Source: Deltaproteobacteria bacterium (GTDB lineage: Bacteria; Desulfobacterota; Desulfobacteria; Desulfobacterales; C00003060). Taken from it: 64,000 bases of DNA. Positions within the stretch are counted from its first letter, which is position 1; each line of letters starts with the position of its first letter. Made by a program: the position numbers and the translations under genes. The DNA lies in NCBI GenBank assembly GCA_019307135.1, contig JAFDKF010000028.1, positions 3,535 through 67,534 on the forward strand. Direction: 5' to 3'. The notes beneath the pieces were generated by a model. It was not told the DNA's origin and did not search any database. It worked only from the letters and a program-made list of their open reading frames with translations. Shown here piece after piece: positions 1 to 9,346 of this stretch.

Positions 1-859
1 CATCGACAATCTTGAATTCATACCCGTGCTGTCTGGCAATTTGACTGATGGCCCGTGTGTCTTTTGGAAAGCATGACCCGCCAAAACCCGGCCCGGGATG
101 TAAGAACTTACGACCGATCCGTCCATCAAGCCCCATGCCCTTGGCCACCCTGTGCACGTCTGCACCCACATGCTCACAGATGGTTGCCATCTCGTTGATG
201 AAGGATATTTTCGTGGCCAGGAAGGCGTTGGATGCGTACTTGATCATTTCGGCTGTAGCCACATCCGTAATCACAAAGGGGGTCTCAATCAGGTAGAGGG
301 GATTGTAAAGGTCCTGGAGGATAGCGATAGCCTGTTCGCTCTCGGCACCGATTACGACCCTGTTGGGGCGCATGAAATCCTCAATGGCCGACCCTTCCCT
401 CAAAAATTCAGGGTTAGAGGCAACGTCAAAGGGACAGGGTTCGGCCTGGTTTTCCTTGATGATAGCCTTAATCAACTTCCCGGTGCCTACAGGAACCGTA
501 CTCTTTGTCACCACTACCTTGTAGCCATTCATGGTCTGGCCTATTGATCTGGCCACCTCCTCCACATACCTCAGGTCGGCGCTCCCCTCCTGGTCCGATG
601 GGGTGCCAACGGCAATAAGAATCACCAGGGCATTTCGCACACCCTCCTTGATATCTGTGGTAAAAGAGATGCGGCCTTCATTCATATTTTTTTCAATAAG
701 TTCTGCAAGTCCGGGCTCGTAGATCGGGACTTTTCCCTGGTTCAGCATACTAATCTTTGGTGCACCCCTGTCTACACAGGTTACCCTGAGTCCGAACTCG
801 GAGAAACAGGCTCCAGTGACAAGGCCCACATACCCTACGCCAACCACGCAGATATTCAT
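1..859 (-). CDS. ugd: UDP-glucose 6-dehydrogenase, N-terminal ~286 codons (3' end lies beyond window start)
   Basis: Absent from the ORF track because it is open at the window edge. My reverse translation from ATG 857-859 gives MNICVVGVGYVGLVTGACFSEFGLRVTCVD..GKVPIYEPGLAELI..ALVILIAVGTPS..VVTKSTVPVGTG, the classic UDPGDH N-terminal Rossmann pattern. Confidence 0.85.
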   Translation of the reverse strand, partial: MNICVVGVGYVGLVTGACFSEFGLRVTCVDRGAPKISMLNQGKVPIYEPGLAELIEKNMNEGRISFTTDIKEGVRNALVILIAVGTPSDQEGSADLRYVEEVARSIGQTMNGYKVVVTKSTVPVGTGKLIKAIIKENQAEPCPFDVASNPEFLREGSAIEDFMRPNRVVIGAESEQAIAILQDLYNPLYLIETPFVITDVATAEMIKYASNAFLATKISFINEMATICEHVGADVHRVAKGMGLDGRIGRKFLHPGPGFGGSCFPKDTRAISQIARQHGYEFKIVD

Positions 860-1367
860 TGAATCGTACCCCTTTGAGTTGTCATAACATAACGACGGTT
901 ATTAAGGTATTGCAAGTCCCTGAGAATTTCTAAGAGAATATTTCTCGGTCTGAAAAGGGCTTTTTAGCCTCCTTTTTGTTTCTTGTCAATCCAGGAGTTC
1001 TCACCAGTTTCTCCAATTCTTGGGAGCCTTGTATGAATTGGTCTCTGTCAGTCACTCTTCAAAAAGCATTAGTCTGACATTTTTCGGGTGTGTTTTAGGC
1101 GCAACCAGAGGACAGGCCTTGCAAAGACTTGCAATCCCACAAGAAACAACGAGATTGGCCGATTTGTGCCGGTCCCTTTTTCGGCATTCCTGGGCTCTTT
1201 CGCCGTTGCACCTTGACGAACAGTCGAATTTACATTAAACAATCAATGGGTTGACCGGCCTGATCTCCTCAACCCAGATCGGCAGGGCGGAAGCTTCACA
1301 CTTTCTTCTATGGTGAATGTTGGCAAGCAACAAAAAGGCCCTTGGATCCTCAGCAGGAAGAGCCCTC

Positions 1368-2498
1368 ATGGCTGAAAAAACGAAATTTGCATTTTGCCTG
1401 TTTAAATATTTTCCCTTTGGTGGGTTACAGCGAGACTTTCTGCGAATAGCCAAGGTCTGTCTGGAGCGTGGTCATCAAGTGGATGTGTATACCGGTTCCT
1501 GGCAAGGGGAGATACCGGATGGTTTGGACGTTTCAATACTTCCTCTTCGGGGTTTTACAAATCACCGGCGCTATGAATCCTTTGCTAAAAGGCTCAGTGA
1601 GTCTTTGGCTGCAAAGCACTATGATGCTGTCGTCGGATTCAACAAGATGCCCGGTTTGGATGTCTATTTTGCATCGGATACTTGTTTTGCCGCGAAAGCA
1701 AGTGCAAGAAGCTTTTGGTACCGTTTGACGGGACGCTGTCGGAGTTTTTTGCGTTTGGAGCGAGCCGTTTTCGATAGGGAGTCAAAGACAGAGATTCTAT
1801 TGATCTCCGAACAAGAAAAGGGGTTTTTCATGGACTATTACGGCACTGCCGAAGAGCGTTTTCATTTGTTACCTCCAGGAATTACCAGGGATCGCTTAGC
1901 GCTCCATAACGCTGCGGAGGTCCGTGCTGAATTGCGTTGTGAATTGGCTATCAGATGCGATCAGAACATCGTTTTAATGGTTGGCTCCGGCTTTAGGACC
2001 AAGGGTGTTGATCGCGCGATTCGAGCCATGTCAGCTTTACCTCCCAAGCTTCGTGGAAAAACGGTTTTATTGATCGTGGGTAAAGATAAATCCAAGCCTT
2101 TTCGGCGATTAGCCAAACGATTAGGTATTGCAGAGCAAATACGTTTTGTCTGTGGTCGCGAGGATGTGCCACGGTTTTTTGTGGCAGCGGATCTTTTGCT
2201 ACACCCTGCCTACAGTGAAAACACTGGTACGGTTTTAATTGAGGCAATGGCAGCAGGATTACCGGTCCTGGTTACTGATGTTTGTGGCTACAGTTATCAT
2301 ATTGAACGTGCCGGTGCTGGAGAATTAGTCCCTTCACCCTTTAAGCAAGAAACACTCAACGAACTGTTGGCCTCCATGTTAACTTCTGAGAAAAAAAGTC
2401 AGTGGCAACGCAGTGGCAGGGAGTATGTTGCCAATACCGATGTCTTTAGTCTGCCGGAAAAAGCTGCGGACATTATTGAACAGGTGGCAGCATGCTAG
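1368..2498 (+). CDS. waaG: LPS core glucosyltransferase I (WaaG/RfaG-like, GT4 fold)
   Basis: ORF 1317..2498. KFAFCLFKYFPFGGLQRDFLRIA, FNKMPGLDVYFA, DLLLHPAYSENTGTVLIEAMAAGLPVL and SLPEKAADII are collinear with E. coli WaaG as I remember it. Start moved to ATG 1368 (AGGAAG 7 nt upstream; matches the WaaG N-terminus). Confidence 0.85.
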   Translation: MAEKTKFAFCLFKYFPFGGLQRDFLRIAKVCLERGHQVDVYTGSWQGEIPDGLDVSILPLRGFTNHRRYESFAKRLSESLAAKHYDAVVGFNKMPGLDVYFASDTCFAAKASARSFWYRLTGRCRSFLRLERAVFDRESKTEILLISEQEKGFFMDYYGTAEERFHLLPPGITRDRLALHNAAEVRAELRCELAIRCDQNIVLMVGSGFRTKGVDRAIRAMSALPPKLRGKTVLLIVGKDKSKPFRRLAKRLGIAEQIRFVCGREDVPRFFVAADLLLHPAYSENTGTVLIEAMAAGLPVLVTDVCGYSYHIERAGAGELVPSPFKQETLNELLASMLTSEKKSQWQRSGREYVANTDVFSLPEKAADIIEQVAAC

Positions 2499-3310
2499 TG
2501 TTACCCAAGGCTTGGATAGAGTACTGGCAGGGCCAAGATGTCTTCGAGCAGTTATCAGCTCTAGAAGGCAGGGTCTATCGCGAACAAGATGGCCGTAAAA
2601 CGTTACGTTTTACCTTTAACGGCAAGAATTATTTCGCCAAGTTCCATCACGGGGTAGGCTGGAAAAAGATAATAAAAAATTTGCTGCAATTGCGTCTGCC
2701 AGTACTCGGCGCACAAAACGAATGGCGCGCTATCCAACGCCTTGAGGAATTGGGTATCAAAACCACGCGCTTAGTGGGATATGGTAAAAGAGGTTGGAAT
2801 CCTGCACGCCTTGAATCCTTTGTTATCACAGAAGAATTGGCTAATACCGTAAGCCTTGAGGATTTTTGTCGAGACTGGCCAACATCACCACCCAGTTATG
2901 CCTTGAAACGCGCCTTGATCACGGAAGTGGCAAAAATTGCTCGAACACTTCATGAAAATGGGATTAACCATCGGGATTTCTACATCTGCCATTTTTTGCT
3001 CGATATTTCGGCAGGGCCGGACAGGATTGATCCACGCCATTCAAGTCTTTATCTCATCGACTTGCACCGCATGCAGATACGCGACTGTATCCCAAGACGT
3101 TGGCGAGTTAAAGATATCGGCTCTTTGTACTTTTCGAGCATGGACATTGGTTTAACGAAGCGTGATTTATTGCGATTTATTTGGGTGTACAGAAACAAGC
3201 CATTACGAGCGACGCTATCTGAAGATAAAGTCTTTTGGCGGCAGGTGAAAAGACGTGCGATTGCGCTTTATAGTGAATTCTTTCAAAAAGATCCGACGCT
3301 CCTTTGGTGA
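2492..3310 (+). CDS. waaP: LPS core heptose(I) kinase
   Basis: LRFTFNGKNYFAKFH, IIKNLLQLRLPVLGAQNEW, GINHRDFYICHFLL, IDLHR and GSLYFSSMDIGLT are collinear with E. coli WaaP. Overlaps the waaG stop by 7 nt. Confidence 0.85.
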   Translation: MLVLPKAWIEYWQGQDVFEQLSALEGRVYREQDGRKTLRFTFNGKNYFAKFHHGVGWKKIIKNLLQLRLPVLGAQNEWRAIQRLEELGIKTTRLVGYGKRGWNPARLESFVITEELANTVSLEDFCRDWPTSPPSYALKRALITEVAKIARTLHENGINHRDFYICHFLLDISAGPDRIDPRHSSLYLIDLHRMQIRDCIPRRWRVKDIGSLYFSSMDIGLTKRDLLRFIWVYRNKPLRATLSEDKVFWRQVKRRAIALYSEFFQKDPTLLW

Positions 3311-3403
3311 TTCAGTGAATTCGCGTATTGTGAGACGATTACGAAAGGAACATTCGAGATTACACGGGAAATCACAACCTTTCGTGGAACTCTTTATTCA
3401 TGT

Positions 3404-4141
3404 TTGCCAGCTACCGGAGGAGAATGCTTGAACATTCCCTATCGAACCAAGGAAAAATGGATCGGCAAGTTTGTTGCCGGTAAGAACGTACTCGACCTGG
3501 GATGCGTGTGCCACGAACTGGACAAGGGGGACCGGCCGTGGCTGCACGGATTCATCTGCAAGCATGCCGAAAGCGTTCTCGGCGTGGACTACTTGCCCGA
3601 CGAGGTCGTCAAAATGCAGGAGCGCGGCTACCGGGCAATCTGCGAAAACGTCGAGGAAATGAATATCGGAAAGACATTTGATGTCGTAGTCGCCGGAGAC
3701 ATCCTGGAACATCTATCTAACTTGGGAAGGTTCTTTGAACGAGTTCAGGCACATCTAAAACCCGGCGGACTGCTGCTAGTGACCACGCCGAATCCTTTGA
3801 CCTTCGTTCGCTTTGTTCGCGTCCTGCTTAAAGGCAAGGAAGGGGCCAACCGCGAACATACCTGCTGGTTCACTAGCAAGGTGCTACGGCAACTGGCCCA
3901 ACGTTATGGGTTTTCCGTCGCTGAAGAGGCCTACCTGGACGATATACGCTTGTCGTATACCCTGTTTCCGAGGATTCCTACGCACGGCGGGGTGGTCAGA
4001 CGGACCTTCCGCCGGTTTTACAAATTTTCCGGCAGATTGTTGTGGCAACCAGCCGTACTGACCAATTCCCTGTTGTGCCTCGTCCGGCCGCAACTAGCCG
4101 AGACGCTCTGCATGGCGTTTACATACGAGGAAAAACCGTAA
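3404..4141 (+). CDS. class I SAM-dependent methyltransferase
   Basis: Motif I VLDLGCVCH, then DVVVAGDILEHL and LKPGGLLLVTTPN. The start is TTG with no in-frame ATG nearby, so the 5' end is uncertain. Confidence 0.7.
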   Translation: MPATGGECLNIPYRTKEKWIGKFVAGKNVLDLGCVCHELDKGDRPWLHGFICKHAESVLGVDYLPDEVVKMQERGYRAICENVEEMNIGKTFDVVVAGDILEHLSNLGRFFERVQAHLKPGGLLLVTTPNPLTFVRFVRVLLKGKEGANREHTCWFTSKVLRQLAQRYGFSVAEEAYLDDIRLSYTLFPRIPTHGGVVRRTFRRFYKFSGRLLWQPAVLTNSLLCLVRPQLAETLCMAFTYEEKP

Positions 4142-4163
4142 GGGACTAAATAGTGATGGTTTT

Positions 4164-5087
4164 CTAATGACTAAATGAGGAACGGAGAACTAATCGGATA
4201 TATTTTTTCAAATACGACCACTCCAATAACATTCGTGGGGCCACTTTAAGCGCTCTACGGTAATAGTGCATGGCAGCTTCCCGCTCTCCACCCAGATAGA
4301 AAATGCGAAACAAAGACAGACAACGCTTCGCATAGTACATTCGCCGATATTTAAATAACTCGGATGGCAAGATTTTTCTGTCAAACAGCACATCAACCAC
4401 TCGAAGACCTACGTCGCGAGCGATGTTCGTATTATAACGAAGGCTATCGGAGTGTTTGCAGATTCTAGCTATCGGCGTATCGATAACACGACAGTCATGT
4501 AATGCGAGTACTTGAGCGAAGACAGGAATATCCTCAACATTTCTTAGGTCTTCACAATACTTGATCGCGTTGAATATACGCCGGTGCATCAATGTGGCAC
4601 CATTCGAGATACTGATCTTTTTGTTGAGATAGGCCAGAAACCTTTGCTCGGGTTCATGGGGCAACCGCTTAACGTGATGAATTTTTTCATCGCCTTTGTC
4701 GCTGACCGATATATGGCCGCCAATTAACAAATCAACATCTCCCTCCTCATCCAGATGTTTACGCACTCGGCTGAGCGCACCATCAACCATTTCGTCATCC
4801 GCATCAAGAAAGATGAGGTATCTGCCTTTGCTCAGCCGAATACCCCTATTACGCGTTGCTGCAAGGCCACCATTGTCTTGATATTCGTAATGAACAAGAT
4901 TTGGATGCCTTGATGAATAATACTTGATGACTGGTTCGGAATCATCGGTCGACCCATCATTAACTACAACAATTTCGAAATCATCTCCATCCTGAGCCAA
5001 TACAGACTCAATGGCTCGCCCCACAGTATGTGCATAGTTGTAGCAAGGAATAACAACACTAAATAAAGGCTGACTCATTGCACTCAT
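4164..5087 (-). CDS. family 2 glycosyltransferase
   Basis: FSVVIPCYNYAHTVGRAIESVLAQ, FEIVVVNDGSTDDS and FLDADD (DxD) are GT-A/GT2 hallmarks. Confidence 0.8.
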   Translation of the reverse strand: MSAMSQPLFSVVIPCYNYAHTVGRAIESVLAQDGDDFEIVVVNDGSTDDSEPVIKYYSSRHPNLVHYEYQDNGGLAATRNRGIRLSKGRYLIFLDADDEMVDGALSRVRKHLDEEGDVDLLIGGHISVSDKGDEKIHHVKRLPHEPEQRFLAYLNKKISISNGATLMHRRIFNAIKYCEDLRNVEDIPVFAQVLALHDCRVIDTPIARICKHSDSLRYNTNIARDVGLRVVDVLFDRKILPSELFKYRRMYYAKRCLSLFRIFYLGGEREAAMHYYRRALKVAPRMLLEWSYLKKYIRLVLRSSFSH

Positions 5088-5110
5088 TCAAGAAATCATT
5101 AATATGGCCC

Positions 5111-6574
5111 TTAGAGCTTTATACTTGTGAGTTGATCACGAAACATTCTGGCGACTTCTGGCAAGTCCGTCCAGTTTTTCATCAAGCGCTTGCAGTCCCG
5201 TCGAAATGCTCGGCGGAATCGCCATCTGAGTCGATGTTCACACATACCATCCACATCGATAATGGAAAGACCTTCATTTGCAACGATAAAGTTCGTTGCC
5301 TTGAAATCGCCATGACTAATGGATGCATCGGCGAACAACTGGAGAAGTTTCCCGAACCGTTTCACCAAACCTTCTCGGTTAATCTCTCTTGCCCTGTCCG
5401 AGTGGAGCAAACGGTAAGCATCAATACCATCCACATATTCCATTATGAAGTAGGCCTTAGACCGAAAAGGGCCCCATCGTTTTTCCAAAAGCACGATCGG
5501 TTTGGGCGTAGGAATCCCCAGGAGGGCCAATCGGTGAGCATTACGCCACGAGACCCAGGCCCGGCTGGGGCGAAAGCAGCGCTTGATGGCATGCCAGGCA
5601 TTCTTGATATTGTACCGTTTGACCACCAGGCGTTGTCCACCCACTTCCACCAACGCCACAGTGGAGGTATTTCCGTCTTTCAGCAGCCTGCTTGCATCAA
5701 TCACTGGATCCGGATCATCCAAGAAGCAGGCCATTTTCTCCTTATAGAAGTCCCGGTCACAAACCATAAAACGCTCCCAGGCTTTTCGGCAAGCAAAGGC
5801 GGAGGATTCGCGATAGATTTTCTTAAGGTAATCCTTTTTTCTGCAATTTCGCTGGCTATGAACTTCTTTCATCAAGCTGGCGACCAGGCCGTGTCCCACA
5901 GGCCACGCTCTTCTTTCAGCGTACACCTGAAAAACTTTAGGAATCAACCAGTCAAACCGTGGATAGAGTTGAGCAAAGAATAACCCCATGTTTCTCAGAC
6001 TCTTTGCTTCCGGCAACGGCTTCCCCATCTGTCGTGTATCAACAGCATTACCATCGATTGTATAAATATCATCCCCACTTATCAGGAAGTTTCCTAAGTG
6101 CAGGTCATCCTGTTTAAGGCCAGCCTCGTGTTGATCAGCGATTGCGGCCACTGCCCGGCTTAGGAGTTCGCCACGTTGGTCAGTAGTCTTTGCCTGTTCC
6201 CAGGCTGCGGTAACATTTTGTACCGGTATAATTCGCTGAAAACCTAAAACCGGTGTATTATCAGGTGGAAGCACGCCCCTAAACATCAAGGCAGGCGTCT
6301 TGATGCCAGCAGCTCTAAAGGCACTTAGTCCCCTCTCTTCTCGGACACAATGCCGCTTAGCACTCCGACGGTCCAAAAAAAACTTAACAACGACCTGCTT
6401 ACCATTCCATTCACCAAAACACACAAGGCGTTTTCCTGGCAATACACGCAACACCCGGGTACAAACCAATTCACTAGGCTGGCCATTGCATTCCAATTTC
6501 AAGCGAAACGGAACCATCATAGAGCGCCCGGCAGAACGAAGATATTGACTGTCTACAGTTGACCCCATATTCAT
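5111..6574 (-). CDS. two-domain lipopolysaccharide kinase (Kdo/WaaP family), tandem kinase folds
   Basis: The N-terminal half has VVVKFF..QDDLHLGNFLI..IDGN. The C-terminal half has LVVKRYN..AWVSWRNAHRLALLGIPTP..YFIMEYVDG..HGDFKATNFIV..IDVDG. That gives two catalytic-loop/DFG-like sets in one 487-aa ORF. Confidence 0.7.
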   Translation of the reverse strand: MNMGSTVDSQYLRSAGRSMMVPFRLKLECNGQPSELVCTRVLRVLPGKRLVCFGEWNGKQVVVKFFLDRRSAKRHCVREERGLSAFRAAGIKTPALMFRGVLPPDNTPVLGFQRIIPVQNVTAAWEQAKTTDQRGELLSRAVAAIADQHEAGLKQDDLHLGNFLISGDDIYTIDGNAVDTRQMGKPLPEAKSLRNMGLFFAQLYPRFDWLIPKVFQVYAERRAWPVGHGLVASLMKEVHSQRNCRKKDYLKKIYRESSAFACRKAWERFMVCDRDFYKEKMACFLDDPDPVIDASRLLKDGNTSTVALVEVGGQRLVVKRYNIKNAWHAIKRCFRPSRAWVSWRNAHRLALLGIPTPKPIVLLEKRWGPFRSKAYFIMEYVDGIDAYRLLHSDRAREINREGLVKRFGKLLQLFADASISHGDFKATNFIVANEGLSIIDVDGMCEHRLRWRFRRAFRRDCKRLMKNWTDLPEVARMFRDQLTSIKL

Positions 6575-6627
6575 AATGACTTATCGCCATTCTTTTTTCT
6601 GAGTACGGTTTACCCCACTTCAGATCG

Positions 6628-8247
6628 TTACGCATTATCCTCCAAATTTAGAGTCTTGTGGAATTCCGGAGAACAATAAATGATAGCGATATTCTTTTTC
6701 CCCGTGAATTCCTTAACCTTTTTATAATATTCGAGTTCAGGGATCAAGTTCTTTCTCTTTACAGAAACTCTGACGATGATGAGATCCATCTGCTTTGCAA
6801 GTGCGAATTGTTCCATGCCAACATAATCATGACTCTCATTCATATGCCATATATCACCTCTTTGGCTACTCACATATTCGCTACTTCCTTCTCCTCCGCC
6901 ATAGATTTCTCTACCCGCATAGAATAAGAACCTCGCATCGGTGGCAATCATTTTGGCTTTATGAAACTCAGACGTCTTTGCCAACCATTCGCCGGCCATG
7001 CTTATGACCTTATCTTGTTTCGCAAGCACGCTAACGCACTTACAAACAGGCGATACAAGAAAAACGATGACAAAAACAGTTGCAAGGAATGTAGGCATTG
7101 AAGATCGCTTCAGGAACGCGAACATCCGTTCCATCCCCACACCAATCCAGGGATATAAGAGAAATGCAGGTGCAAACAAAAATCTGGTTGATACATTATC
7201 CCTCACAATAAGCGTATAATAGACCATCAAAAGGTAGAAGATCACCAGCCCAAGCACAAATACGCGAGTTTGCCGGAGTGAATGCCTGAAGCCCCAAAAA
7301 AGGGGGATAACAAAGAAGGGAAAGAGTACTTTGATGAGCGTCTGAAGGAGCCCGAAGAGATAAATAATGGGTATGTAGTGCCTGGCAATTGCAGCGAAAT
7401 TTTGGTGCAACCCGGAAAATGGTGAAGAGCTTTCCAAAGTTTTGAGCTTCTCATAAATCCGATAATAATTGTCGAGAAATCCAAGATGCAAGAGGTCTCG
7501 TAGCTCTCCCATGACCTGGTCCAGCCTATTTAGAGAGACCCCCTCCGGCCCCAGTGCTACAAAAAAGATCAGAAAAAGAAGAAGGGGAAAAGCGATCCAT
7601 ACAAGAATTCCTTTGAGAAGAGGACCTCTCTCCTGCGGCTTCCACACGCCCAGGCATATGAAGAAAAGAAGGTATACAGGAATCAAAATGACTCCTTCGA
7701 TCCTGAAGAGAAAGGAAAACCATGAAAAAAAGACAGCCATAAAAAAAAATACCAGCCTTGTTGATCGAATGGCGCGCTGAGCAAAATAGACTGCCCATGC
7801 GAAAAGAAATACAAAAGAGGGGCCGCGGATCACCTCCATAGCCCAATAATTGGCTAAAGGGGCGAGGGCGAACGTAAGGCACCCCCAAAAGGCTACCTTA
7901 CGGTCGAAGAGGTCGTTAGCCAGAAGGTACAGGGGAATAAGTGCCAGAACTAATGAGGTGATAGAGATGAGCCTGGCCGCTGCAACCCAATGAGGGACGA
8001 AATAATGTACGAATGCTATCACCAACGGATAAAAGGGCATAGGGTATAGGGCCAGCCCCTCTCTGAAATTTCCCAATGCAAATTGTTGAGCGGCAGAAAT
8101 ATAGAGTATGCCATCAGGGTTGATAACCTTATTGGACAGAGCGATTGAAACCTTTATGACAGCGGAGAGGCAAAGGACAAAAAACAACCCCCGTTTACTT
8201 TCAGACCATTTCGAAACATTTCTCAACATCATATCCATTCTCATCAT
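6628..8247 (-). CDS. polytopic GT-C glycosyltransferase (ArnT/PMT, GT39/GT83-like)
   Basis: About 11-12 predicted TM helices over the first ~400 aa, followed by a soluble C-terminal domain. The first periplasmic loop (NPDGILYISAAQQFALGNF) resembles the ArnT/PMT loop-1 motif. Lies in an LPS context. Confidence 0.55.
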   Translation of the reverse strand: MMRMDMMLRNVSKWSESKRGLFFVLCLSAVIKVSIALSNKVINPDGILYISAAQQFALGNFREGLALYPMPFYPLVIAFVHYFVPHWVAAARLISITSLVLALIPLYLLANDLFDRKVAFWGCLTFALAPLANYWAMEVIRGPSFVFLFAWAVYFAQRAIRSTRLVFFFMAVFFSWFSFLFRIEGVILIPVYLLFFICLGVWKPQERGPLLKGILVWIAFPLLLFLIFFVALGPEGVSLNRLDQVMGELRDLLHLGFLDNYYRIYEKLKTLESSSPFSGLHQNFAAIARHYIPIIYLFGLLQTLIKVLFPFFVIPLFWGFRHSLRQTRVFVLGLVIFYLLMVYYTLIVRDNVSTRFLFAPAFLLYPWIGVGMERMFAFLKRSSMPTFLATVFVIVFLVSPVCKCVSVLAKQDKVISMAGEWLAKTSEFHKAKMIATDARFLFYAGREIYGGGEGSSEYVSSQRGDIWHMNESHDYVGMEQFALAKQMDLIIVRVSVKRKNLIPELEYYKKVKEFTGKKNIAIIYCSPEFHKTLNLEDNA

Positions 8248-8332
8248 TTGAGTAATCTGTGACAGAATTCAACTCTATTACAGGAAATATCTATAGACAT
8301 TATGGAAAATTAAATGATGAAATGAATGCCAA

Positions 8333-9211
8333 CTAATAATCCAAAGAATTATCTTTAAGTATCTGGCCAGCATTTAGCGCCTCAAGTTCTTTCTTAAAAC
8401 GCTTTAAGCCTTTTCTGATGGTCTTTTTCCTGGAACCTAATTCAGGATGGAGCACCGCCGTAGCATGGTTAAGATGAACAACATACCGGCCAAGGAACTC
8501 TGAAGGAAGAAAAACCATTTTATATCCTTTATCGACTAGCTTCTTGTGCATTACCTTGCCGGCTGTTTCTGCTCCATCGGAAAATCTGAGGTTCATTTTT
8601 TCTATCAAATCCATACGATAGAGTGCGCAGTGGCTGCGCAAATAATAGTAGTCTTTTCCTTTTCCCTCCGAGGTTATATCGGTTTTGCCGATCAAACGAT
8701 AATAGCCACTTTGTCGCTGGTTTTCGATATCCTTAGCTTTATCGGTTTTGCCGATCAAACGACAGTAACCAATTCGCCGTTGATATTCGATAGCCTTTCC
8801 TAAGCGTTTCATAAAAGAAGGTTTTTTCTCCAGTTTCCAAGAACCAACCCCGGCGACAACCGGTTCTTTTTCTATTTCTGTTAATAACACATCCAGCCAT
8901 CTTGGATCCTTAAATAATGTATCTGTATGGATAGAAAAAACATAAGGCGTAGTGACCCGTTCTAAGGCAAGATCTAAAGCTCTGGAGTGAGATAAAGATG
9001 GGGTATCATCAAGTGCCTTCTTCCTTTCGATAAGTTCGATCCACTTCAGGCTTCTCAGATAGTCGAGTGATTCATCTTGAGAGTCATTGTCAATAACTAT
9101 GACATGGACCTTTTGCAGATCGGTATGTTTACGCAACAGACGTAAACACAGTTTGGTAAGCAGTAAGGTTTTATAGTTTGGTATTAGAACTGTAACTTTA
9201 GGATCAGGCAT
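8333..9211 (-). CDS. family 2 glycosyltransferase
   Basis: VTVLIPNYKTL..VIVIDNDSQDES..HTD is the GT2 pattern. Contains an internal 21-aa-spaced repeat (GYCRLIGKTD / GYYRLIGKTD). Confidence 0.75.
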   Translation of the reverse strand: MPDPKVTVLIPNYKTLLLTKLCLRLLRKHTDLQKVHVIVIDNDSQDESLDYLRSLKWIELIERKKALDDTPSLSHSRALDLALERVTTPYVFSIHTDTLFKDPRWLDVLLTEIEKEPVVAGVGSWKLEKKPSFMKRLGKAIEYQRRIGYCRLIGKTDKAKDIENQRQSGYYRLIGKTDITSEGKGKDYYYLRSHCALYRMDLIEKMNLRFSDGAETAGKVMHKKLVDKGYKMVFLPSEFLGRYVVHLNHATAVLHPELGSRKKTIRKGLKRFKKELEALNAGQILKDNSLDY

Positions 9212-9346
9212 GTCGTCTCTTTAATGTTTGATTCTGCAAAATGTACATAATTGCGTGATAAACCATTTCAACTTTGATATCTGCCATTCGAGATTCTTGA
9301 ATCTTAACATGGTTGTCTTTGTAAGGAAGTTACGAAACCACCAGTC

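Noticed and set aside
1020-1453. Small ORFs (1020..1238, 1235..1453) in the ugd/waaG divergent spacer.
   Set aside because: No RBS or recognisable motifs, and one overlaps the waaG 5' region. This is more likely promoter or leader DNA. I could not define convincing -35/-10 boxes there either.
5078-5983. Long plus-strand ORFs antisense to strong minus-strand genes (5078..5983, 16914..17579, 35411..36091, 42721..43500, 52425..53288, 44786..45283 and others).
   Set aside because: Each lies fully inside a gene with clear family motifs on the other strand. Their translations are low-complexity, Ser/Arg/Pro/His-rich and match no family I recognise. They are shadow ORFs.
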